Below are positions 9,028-19,461 of a stretch of DNA of 64,000 nt, piece after piece. The translations under genes were made by a program, and so were the position numbers. Location of the stretch: positions 2,720,001-2,784,000 of the forward strand of contig OZ241875.1 in NCBI GenBank assembly GCA_965203325.1. Reading direction: 5' to 3'. The DNA is from a bacterium (GTDB taxonomy: Bacteria; UBA8248). Position 1 is the first letter of the stretch. Every line of letters begins with the position of its first letter. The notes beneath the pieces are model-generated. The model was not told the origin of the DNA. It saw nothing but the letters and a program-made list of their open reading frames with translations, and did no database searches.

Positions 9028-10056
9028 ATGGAAGGTTCAGCGAGCGGAAAAAAATTCTTGAGCCGCCTGATGGGGCGCATTCCCAACCGCTTCGGCGTTA
9101 CGGCCCTGCTCGCCTTGGCCATTCTCGCGCCGACCCTCGTTCAAAACGATTATTACATACAGCTTTGCACGGAAATCCTGATCGCGAGCCTGCTCGCCAT
9201 CAGCCTGAATTTTCTCATCGGCTACACAGGCCTCGTCTCCCTGGGCCACGCGGTGTACTTAGGCGTGGGCGCCTACGCCTTCGCCCTGCTGACGAAGAAC
9301 GTCTATCCCTCCATGTGGGCCGGACTGATAGCGGCGGGTGCCTCCTGCGCGCTTTTGGCCTGGTTCATGGGCGTTTTCTGCGTGCGTCTGGCGGGGCTTT
9401 ATTTCGCCATGTTGACGCTCGCGTTCTCTCAAGTCGTCTACACCGTCGCCTACTACTGGCGCGACGTCACCGGCGGGGACGACGGGATGCTCGGCATCCC
9501 GAAGCCTGAGATAGGGATTCCGGGCGCCTTCAGCATTTCCCTGGAGTCGTTTACGAACTTTTATTATTTCGTGCTCATTATCGTGGCGGCTTTGATATTT
9601 CTCGCGTGGAAAATCGCCAACTCTCCTTTCGGCAGGGTGCTGCAGGCCATCCGGGAGAATCCCGAGCGCGTGGAGTTCATCGGCCTGCCCGTGCACAGGT
9701 ATAAATTGTACGCCTTCATCATCGCCGGGACCCTCGGCGGTTTCGCGGGAGGCCTTTATTCGACTTTTCAGGGCTACATTTCACCCGATCTGCTCTACTG
9801 GACCCAATCGGGCGAGATCGTTCTGATGACGATCCTGGGCGGCATGTATTCTTTCCTGGGGCCGGCCTTCGGCGCGGGGATGCTCTTGTTCATCCGGGAC
9901 ACGGTTTTGAATTTCATGGAGTACTGGCGAATCGTCGTCGGCGGCATTCTGGTGCTCCTGGTCCTGTTCCTCCCCGGCGGAATCCTGGGATTCTTCGAGG
10001 GGTGGATATCCAGATTATCGATTGGTGGAAACGATGGCGACGACGCCCGTTCTTGA
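9028..10056 (+). CDS. LIV-type ABC permease (LivM-like)
   Basis: GYTGLVSLGHA, YFAMLTLA, TGGDDG and SPFGRVLQAIRENP; start placed at ATG 9028 (uncertain). Confidence 0.9.
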   Translation: MEGSASGKKFLSRLMGRIPNRFGVTALLALAILAPTLVQNDYYIQLCTEILIASLLAISLNFLIGYTGLVSLGHAVYLGVGAYAFALLTKNVYPSMWAGLIAAGASCALLAWFMGVFCVRLAGLYFAMLTLAFSQVVYTVAYYWRDVTGGDDGMLGIPKPEIGIPGAFSISLESFTNFYYFVLIIVAALIFLAWKIANSPFGRVLQAIRENPERVEFIGLPVHRYKLYAFIIAGTLGGFAGGLYSTFQGYISPDLLYWTQSGEIVLMTILGGMYSFLGPAFGAGMLLFIRDTVLNFMEYWRIVVGGILVLLVLFLPGGILGFFEGWISRLSIGGNDGDDARS

Positions 10057-10786
10057 GACCCGGAGTCTCACCAAGTCGTTCGGTTCGCTTCTGGCGGTGA
10101 ACGAAGTGGACTTCCAGGTTCCGGAAGGTGAGTTGTGCGCCGTCATCGGGCCGAACGGGGCGGGGAAGACCACATTTTTCAACCTGATTTCGGGGAGGCT
10201 CGAGCCGACCTCGGGCGGCGTTTTCTTCGAGGGGGAGGACATTACCGGGTTTCCTCCGCACGCGGTGGTGAAAAAAGGGGTGGGCCGTTCTTTTCAGATC
10301 ACGAACATATTCCCCAGGCTCTCGGTTCTGGACAATGTCCGCATCGCCGTCTTGGCGAGACGGGGAAAAACGCTCGATATGTTCTCCCCCATCGAGAAGC
10401 ACACCGAAGAACAGGACGAGGCGCTTGAAATACTCGGCGAGGTGGAACTCGACCACAAGGCGCATCACCCGACCACCGAACTGGGCCACGGGGAGAGGAG
10501 AAACCTGGAACTCGGCATCACGCTGGCTTTGGAGCCCCGGTTGATCCTGCTCGATGAGCCGACGGCCGGCATGTCGATCGAGGAGACGTCGAGCACGATC
10601 AATCTCGTAAAAAAGATATCCCACGACAAGACGGTCGTCTTCACCGAGCACGACATGAGCGTGGTTTTCTCGATCGCCGACCGCATATCCGTCCTGCATC
10701 AGGGGAGCATCATCGCCGAGGGGACGCCGGATGAGATTCGAAACGACGACCTCGTTCGCCTCGCCTACCTGGGGGAAGAGGTTTGA
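10034..10786 (+). CDS. LIV-type ABC ATPase (LivG-like)
   Basis: Walker A GPNGAGKTT, LLDEPTAG, EHDM, C-terminal AYLG. Confidence 0.93.
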   Translation: MATTPVLETRSLTKSFGSLLAVNEVDFQVPEGELCAVIGPNGAGKTTFFNLISGRLEPTSGGVFFEGEDITGFPPHAVVKKGVGRSFQITNIFPRLSVLDNVRIAVLARRGKTLDMFSPIEKHTEEQDEALEILGEVELDHKAHHPTTELGHGERRNLELGITLALEPRLILLDEPTAGMSIEETSSTINLVKKISHDKTVVFTEHDMSVVFSIADRISVLHQGSIIAEGTPDEIRNDDLVRLAYLGEEV

Positions 10787-11484
10787 TTCTCAGCGTCGAG
10801 AAAATAAATACGTTCTACGGGGACAGCCACATTCTGTTCGACGTGGATTTGACCATCGCCGAAGGGGAGGTGGTGAGCCTCCTCGGCAGAAACGGGGCGG
10901 GAAAGACGACGACGCTCCGCTCCATCATGGGGTTGACGCCTCCCCGGGCGGGGAGCGTGTGCTGGCTGGGCGAGGAGGTGCAGCGCCTGAAGCCGCATGA
11001 GATCGCGAGAAAAGGGGTGGGTTTCGTACCCGAGGACAGGAGGATATTCTCCCGTCTGAGCGTGGAGGAGAATCTCGAAATCGGCGCTTTCAAGCTGGAA
11101 CGGGCAAGCGGCTGGACACTTGAGCGAATATATGGTCTTTTCCCCAAGCTTGAGCAATTGAAAACCCACAAGGGAAACGAACTCAGCGGCGGCGAGCAGC
11201 AGATGCTCGCCATCGCCCGCGCGCTGATGGGAGCACCCAGGCTCGTCTTGCTCGACGAACCCTCGGAAGGTCTCGCGCCGGCCATCGTGAAAGACGTGGG
11301 CGAAATGATCGGCACGCTCAAGGATGAGGGGCTCGCCGTTTTGCTGGTGGAGCAAAACACACGTTTCGCTTGCCGGCTCTCCGATCGCGTCTACATCATA
11401 GACAACGGCAGGGTCCGCTTCGGTGGCACGGTGGAGCAACTCGAAGCGGATGAGGAACTGAAATCGCGCTATCTGGCCGTTTGA
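10783..11484 (+). CDS. LIV-type ABC ATPase (LivF-like)
   Basis: GRNGAGKTT, LSGGEQQM, LLDEPSEGLAP, VEQN. Confidence 0.93.
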   Translation: MILSVEKINTFYGDSHILFDVDLTIAEGEVVSLLGRNGAGKTTTLRSIMGLTPPRAGSVCWLGEEVQRLKPHEIARKGVGFVPEDRRIFSRLSVEENLEIGAFKLERASGWTLERIYGLFPKLEQLKTHKGNELSGGEQQMLAIARALMGAPRLVLLDEPSEGLAPAIVKDVGEMIGTLKDEGLAVLLVEQNTRFACRLSDRVYIIDNGRVRFGGTVEQLEADEELKSRYLAV

Positions 11485-11523
11485 TTTTTATTTTTCCATC
11501 AATGGAAACGAGGAGGATTCTGT

Positions 11524-12531
11524 ATGAGCTCCCGTGTTGAATTCGGTTTGATCATGGCCCTGACCATCCGGGGGCTCGCCGTCGGAAACTTCGAGGACAT
11601 GAAATCGGTGGCCCGGGAAGCGGAGCGGCTGGATTTCGATTCGGTATGGCTTTGCGATCACTTCCTGACGCTCGACCCGAGTTCCTATGCGAAAGACGCA
11701 GGGTTCGAAGACGAGGGAGAGTCGGAAGGCGTCGGTTCGGGCTCCATCCCCCTGCTCGAAACCTGGACGGCCCTCAGCGCTCTCTCCCAGGTGACGAAAA
11801 AACTCCGCCTCGGGACCAGCGTTCTCAGCAACTCCTACCGCATCCCCTCGGTGCTCGCGAAGATGGGCGCGACGCTGGATCACATCAGCGGCGGGCGACT
11901 CGATTTGGGTCTCGGCGCGGGCTGGATGCAGGAGGAATACGAGGCCTACGGCATTCCCTTCCCGAGAGCTTCGGTCCGCATCGCCCAGATGGAAGAGGCT
12001 ATTCAACTGATCCGCAAGATCTGGACGGAGCCCAACCCCACGTTCGAGGGAGAGCACTACACGATAAAAGGCGCGGTGTGCGATCCCCCGCCGGTTCAGA
12101 AGCCCTCGCCCCCGATATGGATCGGCGGGGAGGGGAAGAAAGTCCTTCGCGCCGCGGCGAGGCATGCGGACGGCTTCAACGTGCGCTGGTGGCCGCCGGA
12201 GCGCTATCTCGAACGAAAAGACGAGATCGACGCGAACTGCGCGGAGGCGGGCCGCGACCCCGAAGCGTTCAGACGCTCCTTGATGTGTCTTCTCCTGCCG
12301 AGCTATGACCGCGCGCGGATCGAGGCGGAAAAGAAGCGATTTGCCGCCATTCCCCAAACGGGTATAATTTCGGGCGAACCCAAGGAATGCGTGGAACGGA
12401 TGATGGAATACGTCGACGCGGGCGTCAGGCATTTCCTCTATACGATACCCGACGTCGCCGAAATGGACATGCTTCGCCTCGCGGGAGAAGAGATTCTCCC
12501 CGAGGTCAGAAATCTGTCGAACGGGGGCTGA
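11524..12531 (+). CDS. LLM-class (luciferase-like) flavin/F420-dependent oxidoreductase
   Basis: FDSVWLCDHF, LAKMGATLDHISGGRLDLGLGAGW, PPIWIGG. Confidence 0.9.
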   Translation: MSSRVEFGLIMALTIRGLAVGNFEDMKSVAREAERLDFDSVWLCDHFLTLDPSSYAKDAGFEDEGESEGVGSGSIPLLETWTALSALSQVTKKLRLGTSVLSNSYRIPSVLAKMGATLDHISGGRLDLGLGAGWMQEEYEAYGIPFPRASVRIAQMEEAIQLIRKIWTEPNPTFEGEHYTIKGAVCDPPPVQKPSPPIWIGGEGKKVLRAAARHADGFNVRWWPPERYLERKDEIDANCAEAGRDPEAFRRSLMCLLLPSYDRARIEAEKKRFAAIPQTGIISGEPKECVERMMEYVDAGVRHFLYTIPDVAEMDMLRLAGEEILPEVRNLSNGG

Positions 12532-12560
12532 GGCCCTCCTATGAGCAGGGAGATTTTCCA

Positions 12561-13250
12561 ATGAACGAACACCAGGACATGGCCGATTACCTGAAACCCA
12601 CCGAATTCATCGATTCGGACAATCCCGACATCGTATCGAAGGCGGAGGAACTCACCGAAGGCTGCGCGGACGAGAAGGAAAAGCTCGGCAATATCTATTA
12701 TTTCGTCCGCGATTTTCCCTACGACATTCTCGATTCGTTCCGCTACCTCGCCGAGGGGAAGCGCCAGGCGAGCGACGTTTTGAACAACGGCAAGGCGTTC
12801 TGCATGGGCAAGGCCAGCATGTTCGCCGCCCTTTGCCGGGCTTCGGGCATTCCCTCGCGCATCGGCTTCCAGCAGCTTCATTGCCCCGATAAACCTTTCA
12901 TGAACGAGGAGGTCGCCAAGATCTGGGGCGACCGCAAGCTGCCTTGGCACTCGCTCGGAGAGGCGTATCTCGACGGCAAGTGGCTCAAGCTAGACGCCAC
13001 GATCGACAAGGAATTCGCCGCGAGGAAAGGGCGGGTATATTCCCAGGAGTTCGACGGCGTAAGCGACATTCCCTCCGTGGAAGGCCCCCTCATCAAGGAC
13101 CTGCCGAGCCACACGGACTACCCGAAAGACGTGGCCGACTGGTATGAGCAGGTGGCCAAGGACGTCGTCGCATCTGTGGAGGAAGACGTCGTTCACAAAG
13201 ATGTTTTGAGCGATGAGGAATGGTCCGGCCCCGAGGCGGGGAAGCTATAG
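12561..13250 (+). CDS. Transglutaminase-like family protein
   Basis: YLKPTEFIDSD, IYYFVRD, FCMGKA...ALCRASGIPSR, then WH..GEAYLDGKWLKLDAT (Cys-His-Asp triad); RBS GGGAG. Confidence 0.85.
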   Translation: MNEHQDMADYLKPTEFIDSDNPDIVSKAEELTEGCADEKEKLGNIYYFVRDFPYDILDSFRYLAEGKRQASDVLNNGKAFCMGKASMFAALCRASGIPSRIGFQQLHCPDKPFMNEEVAKIWGDRKLPWHSLGEAYLDGKWLKLDATIDKEFAARKGRVYSQEFDGVSDIPSVEGPLIKDLPSHTDYPKDVADWYEQVAKDVVASVEEDVVHKDVLSDEEWSGPEAGKL

Positions 13251-13312
13251 CGCCGGGCAGCCTCTGAATGGGCGTCCGGCCGATTCATTCGTTTAACGAA
13301 AGGAGTTTTTAG

Positions 13313-14821
13313 ATGTCGGGTAGTTTGGTGAAGGTGGCCGAGTTTCCGCTCACCCAGGAAGTGGAGCAGCAATTCATCGACGGGAACTGGGTCAAAGGCG
13401 AGCGCGGCGAGCCGATAGACGTGCTCAATCCCTCGAACAACGAGACGATATTCCAGTTGTTCCCGGCCTCGGACGCGCAGGTCGATGAGGCCGTCGCCTC
13501 CTGCTGGCGGGCTTTTCACGACCCGTCCTGGAAGAAGATGCCCGCGCTCGAACGCGGAAAATTGATTACGAAACTCGCTGCGTTGATGCGCGAGCACGCG
13601 GAAACCCTCGCGAGATTAGAGGCCATCAACACGGGCATCCCCATCAAGGAGAGCCGTCTGGAATCTGCCTCCTCCGCGCGCCATTTCGAGTATTTCGCCG
13701 GATGGGCCGGCAAGGTGGAAGGCAGCGCGCTGCCCCTCATGAATGATCGGCTGATGTATTCCACGAGAGAGCCTTTGGGGGTCGTGGCCATCATCGTTCC
13801 CTGGAACACCCCGCTCAAGCTCATGTCGCGGGGTCTGGCCGCCGCGTTGGCCTGCGGCAACACGGTGGTCGTCAAGCCCTCCGCCGTCGCCCTGGCCTCG
13901 GTACTCTATTTCGGAAAGCTGGTCGAGGAGGCCGGGTTCCCGCCGGGGGTGATCAACATCGTCGCGGGTTCGGGACGCTCGACGGGCGCCAAGATCGTGG
14001 GTCATCCCGATATCCGAAAAATCGTCTTCACCGGTGGCACCGAGGGCGGCCTGGAAGTCCTGGGGCTCGCCGCCACGAACGTGACGCCCGTGCTGGCGGA
14101 GCTTGGCGGCAAGGGCCCCATCATCGTCTGCGAGGACGCCGACTTAGACGAGGCGGCCGATGGCGTGATGAGCCAGGTGTTCGCCCGCCAGGGCGAGGTC
14201 TGTTTCGCAGGCACCCGCCTGTTCCTCCCGCCTTCCATCCACGATGCGTTCGTGGAGAAGATTAAAGAGCGCGTCGAGGCCATACGCGTCGGCGACGCCA
14301 TGGATGAAGATACCGATATGGGGCCGCTCATCTCTCCCGATCATCTCGCCGACGTCGTCGGCTACGTCGAATCGGCGGTGGGAGACGGGGCCAGCGTCGC
14401 CTGCGGAGGCGACCGCGCGAAGCCTGAAGGGCAGCCCGCCGGCAATTTCATGCAGCCCACGGTGCTCACGGGCGTGAACCAGGGAATGGAGGCGGCGTGT
14501 GAGGAGATTTTCGGCCCTGTTCTCACGGTTCATGAGTATGATTCTCTCGACGATGCCGTCAGGGACGCCAACGCCACGGACTTCGGGCTGGCGAGCTACG
14601 TCTGGACGAGCGACCTGCGCCGGGCGCATCGCCTCGCTCAGGAGCTTGATTGCGGAAACGTGTTCATCAACACCTACCGCTACGGCTCGGAGATTCCTTT
14701 CGGCGGTGTGAAGAAAAGCGGCATCGGCAGGGAGCATGGCGAGGAGGCGCTGCGCGAATATACCCAGGTGAAAAGCGTCTGCATCGGTCTATCGAGATGG
14801 CATTCCTGGAATCGTGATTAG
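13313..14821 (+). CDS. NAD(P)-dependent aldehyde dehydrogenase
   Basis: IVPWN, FTGG, ELGGK, GEVCFAG (catalytic Cys), EEIFGP, PFGGVKKSGIGRE. Confidence 0.95.
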   Translation: MSGSLVKVAEFPLTQEVEQQFIDGNWVKGERGEPIDVLNPSNNETIFQLFPASDAQVDEAVASCWRAFHDPSWKKMPALERGKLITKLAALMREHAETLARLEAINTGIPIKESRLESASSARHFEYFAGWAGKVEGSALPLMNDRLMYSTREPLGVVAIIVPWNTPLKLMSRGLAAALACGNTVVVKPSAVALASVLYFGKLVEEAGFPPGVINIVAGSGRSTGAKIVGHPDIRKIVFTGGTEGGLEVLGLAATNVTPVLAELGGKGPIIVCEDADLDEAADGVMSQVFARQGEVCFAGTRLFLPPSIHDAFVEKIKERVEAIRVGDAMDEDTDMGPLISPDHLADVVGYVESAVGDGASVACGGDRAKPEGQPAGNFMQPTVLTGVNQGMEAACEEIFGPVLTVHEYDSLDDAVRDANATDFGLASYVWTSDLRRAHRLAQELDCGNVFINTYRYGSEIPFGGVKKSGIGREHGEEALREYTQVKSVCIGLSRWHSWNRD

Positions 14822-14886
14822 GACGATCCCGTGAATTTCATGAAACCTTTCAACGCACTTTAAGCGAATCTTAGGGAGGAATCACC

Positions 14887-15846
14887 ATGAAGAAGTTGTT
14901 GCTGGTTTTCGCACTCGCCTTCGTCGTCGCGGCGGTGTCGGCTGCGCCGGCCTCGGCGGCCTACCCGACGAAGCCCGTCGAGATGACCATTACCTTCAAG
15001 GCCGGCGGCGCTGCGGACATCTCCGGCCGCACCGTGGCGAAAGCGGCCGAGAAAGTGTTCGGGCAGCCCATCGTCGCCGTGAACCGTCCGGGAGCGGGCG
15101 GCACCATCGGCTTCGCCTACGTCAAGACCGCGCCTGCCGACGGGTACAAGATCGGCTGGCTTTCGGCCTCGATCCTGACCGGCACGAACATGGGGCGCCT
15201 GCCCTATGACTACCGCGCCTGGGATTACGTTTCCCGCCTGGTGTTCGAGGGGACGGCCATCGTCGTCCGGGGCGATTCCCCGTATAAATCGCTTCCCGAT
15301 CTCGTGAAGGCGGCCAAATCGAAGACGCTCAAGATCGGTAGCGCCGGTTCGGGCAGCTTCACGCGGCTCACGGCTTCGGCGCTCTCCCAAAAGGCGGGCT
15401 TCAAGTTCCGTCACGTCCCCCTGGGCAAGCGCCGCGTACCCAGCCTGCTGGGCGGCGAGGTCGACGCGATTTCCGTCCATCCGCCCGAGGTTCTGGCCCT
15501 TCACAAGGCGGGCAAGGTCCGCATGCTGGCCGTCTCTTTCCCGAAGCGCCATCCGGCCTACCCCAAGGTTCCCCTGTTCAGCGAGCACGGGTGGGACGTC
15601 GGCTTCTATCAGTTCCGGGGGCTGCACGTTCCCAAGGGAACGCCCAAAGAAGCGGTTCAAGCGCTCCACAAGGCCTTCTCAGCGGCTGCGAAGGACCCGA
15701 AAGTTCTGGCCACCGCCGAGAAGCGAGGTTTCCTGGTCTCCTACATGGGTCCGGACAAGTTCCCGGCCTTCGTGGCTGAGCAGAACGCTCTGATCAAGAA
15801 AATCGTCGTATCTTTGGGTCTGGATAAGAAGAAAAAGAAGAAATAG
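14887..15846 (+). CDS. tctC: TTT substrate-binding protein TctC
   Basis: Signal peptide; YPTKPV, AGGAAD, NRPGAGG, PADGY. Confidence 0.92.
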   Translation: MKKLLLVFALAFVVAAVSAAPASAAYPTKPVEMTITFKAGGAADISGRTVAKAAEKVFGQPIVAVNRPGAGGTIGFAYVKTAPADGYKIGWLSASILTGTNMGRLPYDYRAWDYVSRLVFEGTAIVVRGDSPYKSLPDLVKAAKSKTLKIGSAGSGSFTRLTASALSQKAGFKFRHVPLGKRRVPSLLGGEVDAISVHPPEVLALHKAGKVRMLAVSFPKRHPAYPKVPLFSEHGWDVGFYQFRGLHVPKGTPKEAVQALHKAFSAAAKDPKVLATAEKRGFLVSYMGPDKFPAFVAEQNALIKKIVVSLGLDKKKKKK

Positions 15847-15894
15847 ACTTCTGAATCGTGTCGAGGACGTGAAGCCACAAGGGATCGGGTTTTC

Positions 15895-16380
15895 ATGACG
15901 GAGGAGAGTAAAAAAATCCAAAGCAACCTCGGACGCCTCGTCGTTCCGATCCTTCTGGTGGTTTTTTGCATCTGGTATGGTTCGATCATTCTGGAGTTGC
16001 CCCAGGGGCCTGGAGAAGAAGGTCCCCTGGGGCCTTCTTTTGTCCCCTGGGTGTGGGCTGCGCTGCTGGTCGTCCTCACGCTGGTCGATATCGGGACGGA
16101 TTACCTCGGTAAAACGCAAGACAAAGCGCGCGTCGCCATTGAGCGCAAAGGCGTTTTCGACGCCTTGATCCTGTGCCTTTTGCTGGTCGGTTTCGCGGTA
16201 TTGATGCAGTATATCGGCTTTTCCGCCTCGGTCGTCGCGTTTCTCGCCGTATCCATCTGGTGGAGCGGGATCCGTTCCTGGAAAATCATCATCCCCTACG
16301 TCGTCATCTTCGCCTTTGTGGTGAACTACGTCTTTCACCATATACTCAAGGTGCCCCTGCCCCAGGACTGGCTCTTCTAA
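15895..16380 (+). CDS. tctB: TTT subunit TctB
   Basis: Hydrophobic; LGPSFVP motif and C-terminal LKVPLP. Confidence 0.85.
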   Translation: MTEESKKIQSNLGRLVVPILLVVFCIWYGSIILELPQGPGEEGPLGPSFVPWVWAALLVVLTLVDIGTDYLGKTQDKARVAIERKGVFDALILCLLLVGFAVLMQYIGFSASVVAFLAVSIWWSGIRSWKIIIPYVVIFAFVVNYVFHHILKVPLPQDWLF

Positions 16381-16382
16381 AG

Positions 16383-17873
16383 ATGAATCTCCTGGTGGAC
16401 GGCCTCGTCCAGGCCCTGGCGTGGAAGCCTCTTCTGTTCGCCGTTCTGGGCAGCTTTATGGGAATAGTCTTCGCGGCCATTCCGGGCTTGACAGTGAGCA
16501 TGGGCATCATTCTCCTGCTGCCGTTTACCTTCCACATGGCGAGCGTCACGTCGATGAGCCTTCTGGTAGGCGTTTTCGTCGGCGGGATGACGGGGGGCAG
16601 CATCTCGTCCATTCTCCTCAACATTCCCGGCAACCCCGCCGCCATCGTCACGAGTCTGGACGGGCACCCACTCGCCCGGAAGGGCCGGGCGGGCGTCGCG
16701 CTGGGCGTGGCTTTTTTTTCGAGTTTCCTGGGCGGGCTGTTCAGCCTTATCTGCCTGATCACCATCGCCCCCCAGCTGGCGGAATTCGCCCTGAATTTCG
16801 GCGCGCCCGAACTGGCGGCGCTGGTCCTGCTGGGGCTTTGTCTCATCTGCGGGTTCGCGCAAACCTCGATGAGCAAGGCGCTTATCTCGGGCGTGCTGGG
16901 CCTGAGCTTCTCCACCGTCGGCATGGACCCCATCGACTCCATACCGCGCTTCACGTTTTCCGTGGTGCAGATTCAGCAGGGCGTTTCTTTTCTCCCGGTG
17001 ATGATAGGGCTTTTCGCGGTGCCGGAAATTATCTCGGGCATGCGCGGCTCCGCCGTTTCCCTGCCGGATTTCTCCACGCGCCTGCGCGACCTGCTTCCCT
17101 CGCCGAAAACCTTGCTTGGCCTTTGGAAGACGCTCGCGCAATCCTCCCTCATCGGAACCACCATCGGGCTGCTGCCGGGCACGGGAAGCGCCGTCGCCGC
17201 CGTGCTGAGCTACAACACGGCGCAGCGCCGCTCGCCGGAACCCGAATCGTTCGGGAAGGGAAAGCTCGAAGGCGTGTCCGCGCCCGAGGCCGCCAACAGC
17301 GCCATGACCGGGGGCGCGATGATCCCGATGCTCACGCTGGGCATCCCGGGCGACCCCGTCACCGCCGTCATGCTCGGCGCGCTCACCATCCAGGGGCTCG
17401 CGCCGGGTCCTCTCCTGTTCGAGAGCCACGGCGGTTTCGTGTTCTCGATATTCGGGTCATTTTTCATCGCACTTTTTCTGACCATCGTCATCGCGCTTCT
17501 GGGCATCCGCCTGTTCGTCCAGGTGCTGCGCGTGCCGCCCGGGCTGCTCTTCCCGAGCATCGCGGTGTTCTGCGTCATCGGCGCGTTCGCGCTTCAGAAC
17601 AGCTTTTTCGACGTTTTCCTGATGATCGGCTTCGGATTGTTAGGCTATTTCATGCAGAAGTTCGACTATCCGATCATGCCCCTGCTCCTGGCGATCATCC
17701 TGGGGCCGGTGTTCGAGAAAAACGCGAGAATGTCACTCATCCTCTCGGATGGCGACCCCGGCATTTTCTTCCGCAAGCCGATCAGCCTGGTGTTCCTGGC
17801 CCTGGCTTTGCTCTATCTCATCAGCGTTTTTCTGAAGAGGACTTCCCTGTTGAAAAAGCAGGGTTCCGCCTGA
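16383..17873 (+). CDS. tctA: TTT permease TctA
   Basis: AIPGL, ILLNIPGNP, APEAAN, MLTLGIPGD; start at ATG 16383. Confidence 0.92.
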   Translation: MNLLVDGLVQALAWKPLLFAVLGSFMGIVFAAIPGLTVSMGIILLLPFTFHMASVTSMSLLVGVFVGGMTGGSISSILLNIPGNPAAIVTSLDGHPLARKGRAGVALGVAFFSSFLGGLFSLICLITIAPQLAEFALNFGAPELAALVLLGLCLICGFAQTSMSKALISGVLGLSFSTVGMDPIDSIPRFTFSVVQIQQGVSFLPVMIGLFAVPEIISGMRGSAVSLPDFSTRLRDLLPSPKTLLGLWKTLAQSSLIGTTIGLLPGTGSAVAAVLSYNTAQRRSPEPESFGKGKLEGVSAPEAANSAMTGGAMIPMLTLGIPGDPVTAVMLGALTIQGLAPGPLLFESHGGFVFSIFGSFFIALFLTIVIALLGIRLFVQVLRVPPGLLFPSIAVFCVIGAFALQNSFFDVFLMIGFGLLGYFMQKFDYPIMPLLLAIILGPVFEKNARMSLILSDGDPGIFFRKPISLVFLALALLYLISVFLKRTSLLKKQGSA

Positions 17874-17914
17874 TCTGCTATTTCATTTTGTCGTAAAGAG
17901 GGAGGCATCGAACC

Positions 17915-19051
17915 ATGAAGCGAAGCACGGAGAGAATACTCACGACCCACACGGGGAGCCTGCCGCGTCCCCAGGAGGTGGTCGATTTACTGCTGGCCCA
18001 GGAGGAGGGCGCAGCGGACTCAGGAGAACTCGATGCCGCCGTGTCGCGCGCGATAGAAGACGTCGTGGAGAAACAGGCGGCGGCAGGAGTCGACGTGATC
18101 AACGACGGCGAGCAGGGCCGGCCCGATTACACCTCCCACGTCAAGCACAGGCTGACGGGTTACGAGGGTCCGAGTTCGCCCCCGCTCGGCACGGGTGAAG
18201 AGCGCTTTCCCGAACTCGCCGAGATACTCTCCCAATTCGCCTCACCCCTCCAGAACCGTCCGGCCTGCTCCGGCCCCGTGGCGTGGAAGGACTGGCCCGC
18301 CGCCCAGGTGGACATCGAGCGCGCGAAGAGCGTCCTGGGCCGCGCCGACGTGGAAGAGGCGTTCATGACCTCTCCCTCGCCGGGTCAGATTTCGCGCTAT
18401 CTCAGGAACCTCTACTACCCGAGCGAGGAGGAGTACATATTCGCGCTCGCGGAAGTGATGCGCCGCGAGTACGAGGCGATTGTGGATGCGGGCCTGCTCC
18501 TGCAACTCGACTGCCCCGACCTGGCGCTCAGCCGCCACACCGTGTTTCGCAATTTGAGCCTCGAGGATTTCCGCAAGGAAATCGAAATGCACGTCGAAGC
18601 CCTGAACCACGCCGTGCGGAACATCGCGCCCGATCGCATGCGTATGCACATCTGCTGGGGCAGCACGCTGGGGCCGCACCATGAGGACGTTCCGCTCAAG
18701 GACATCATCGACATCGTGCTCAAGGGCGCGCCCTGCGCCGTTTCGTTCCCCGGCGCGAACCCCCGACACGGCCATGAGTGGAAGGTATGGCGCGAAGTCG
18801 ATTTGCCCGAGGGCAAGAGCATCATCCCCGGCGTGATCGATTCGACGTCCAATTTCGTGGAGCATCCCGAATTGGTGGCCGAGCGCATCGTGAACTACGC
18901 CGAGGCGGTGGGGCGCGAGAACGTGATCGCCGGCGTCGATTGCGGCTTCGGCACCTTCGCCGGCCGCGTCCAGGTGGATCGGCGTATCGTTTGGATGAAG
19001 ATGGCCGCCCTCGCCGAGGGCGCAGCCCTGGCGTCCGAGCAACTCTGGTAG
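17915..19051 (+). CDS. Cobalamin-independent methionine synthase II-like (single-barrel MetE/EaCoMT family) protein
   Basis: TTHTGSLPRP, DGEQ, LQLDCPDL, HICWG, PGVID, DCGFGT. Confidence 0.88.
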   Translation: MKRSTERILTTHTGSLPRPQEVVDLLLAQEEGAADSGELDAAVSRAIEDVVEKQAAAGVDVINDGEQGRPDYTSHVKHRLTGYEGPSSPPLGTGEERFPELAEILSQFASPLQNRPACSGPVAWKDWPAAQVDIERAKSVLGRADVEEAFMTSPSPGQISRYLRNLYYPSEEEYIFALAEVMRREYEAIVDAGLLLQLDCPDLALSRHTVFRNLSLEDFRKEIEMHVEALNHAVRNIAPDRMRMHICWGSTLGPHHEDVPLKDIIDIVLKGAPCAVSFPGANPRHGHEWKVWREVDLPEGKSIIPGVIDSTSNFVEHPELVAERIVNYAEAVGRENVIAGVDCGFGTFAGRVQVDRRIVWMKMAALAEGAALASEQLW

Positions 19052-19308
19052 GGCGGCAAAACGACTCGGTAGCTCCCGAGCGGCGTTTCATGACCGGGGA
19101 CGATCATTCACCCTCTTGATTCACGTCCACATGGAAAGTCCGTCTTCGTTGCCGGACTGATGGAAAACGCCATCTTTCTCAAAAATAAGACGGCTCTATA
19201 GATTACCCCCTCCAGTGAGACCACCCTCGCTGCGCAGAAAATTCTCGCTGCCCAAACGATGTTTGTTGCCAAAAACGTGAATTTTTTCAAAAAAATGCGC
19301 ATTTTTCG

Positions 19309-19338
19309 TTGACAAAATCAAAAAACGGCCTATATATA
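19309..19338 (+). promoter_or_regulatory. Sigma70-type promoter of hsp20
   Basis: Perfect TTGACA at 19309-19314, with TATATA 16-18 nt downstream in an AT-rich tract. Confidence 0.7.
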
Positions 19339-19354
19339 AAGTGTATTAAATAAT

Positions 19355-19383
19355 ATTATATGAGTGTTAATAACTCATATAAT
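19355..19383. promoter_or_regulatory. HAIR-like (HspR-type) operator
   Basis: Perfect inverted repeat ATTATATGAGT-N7-ACTCATATAAT; its core TGAGT-N7-ACTCA matches HAIR (CTTGAGT-N7-ACTCAAG). Lies between the promoter and hsp20. Confidence 0.72.
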
Positions 19384-19461
19384 TGGAATTTTCAGCCGCT
19401 AAACATGAATAATGGGGAAAGCAAGTCCCCGAAATCACTTTCACCACAAGGAGGATTCAAA

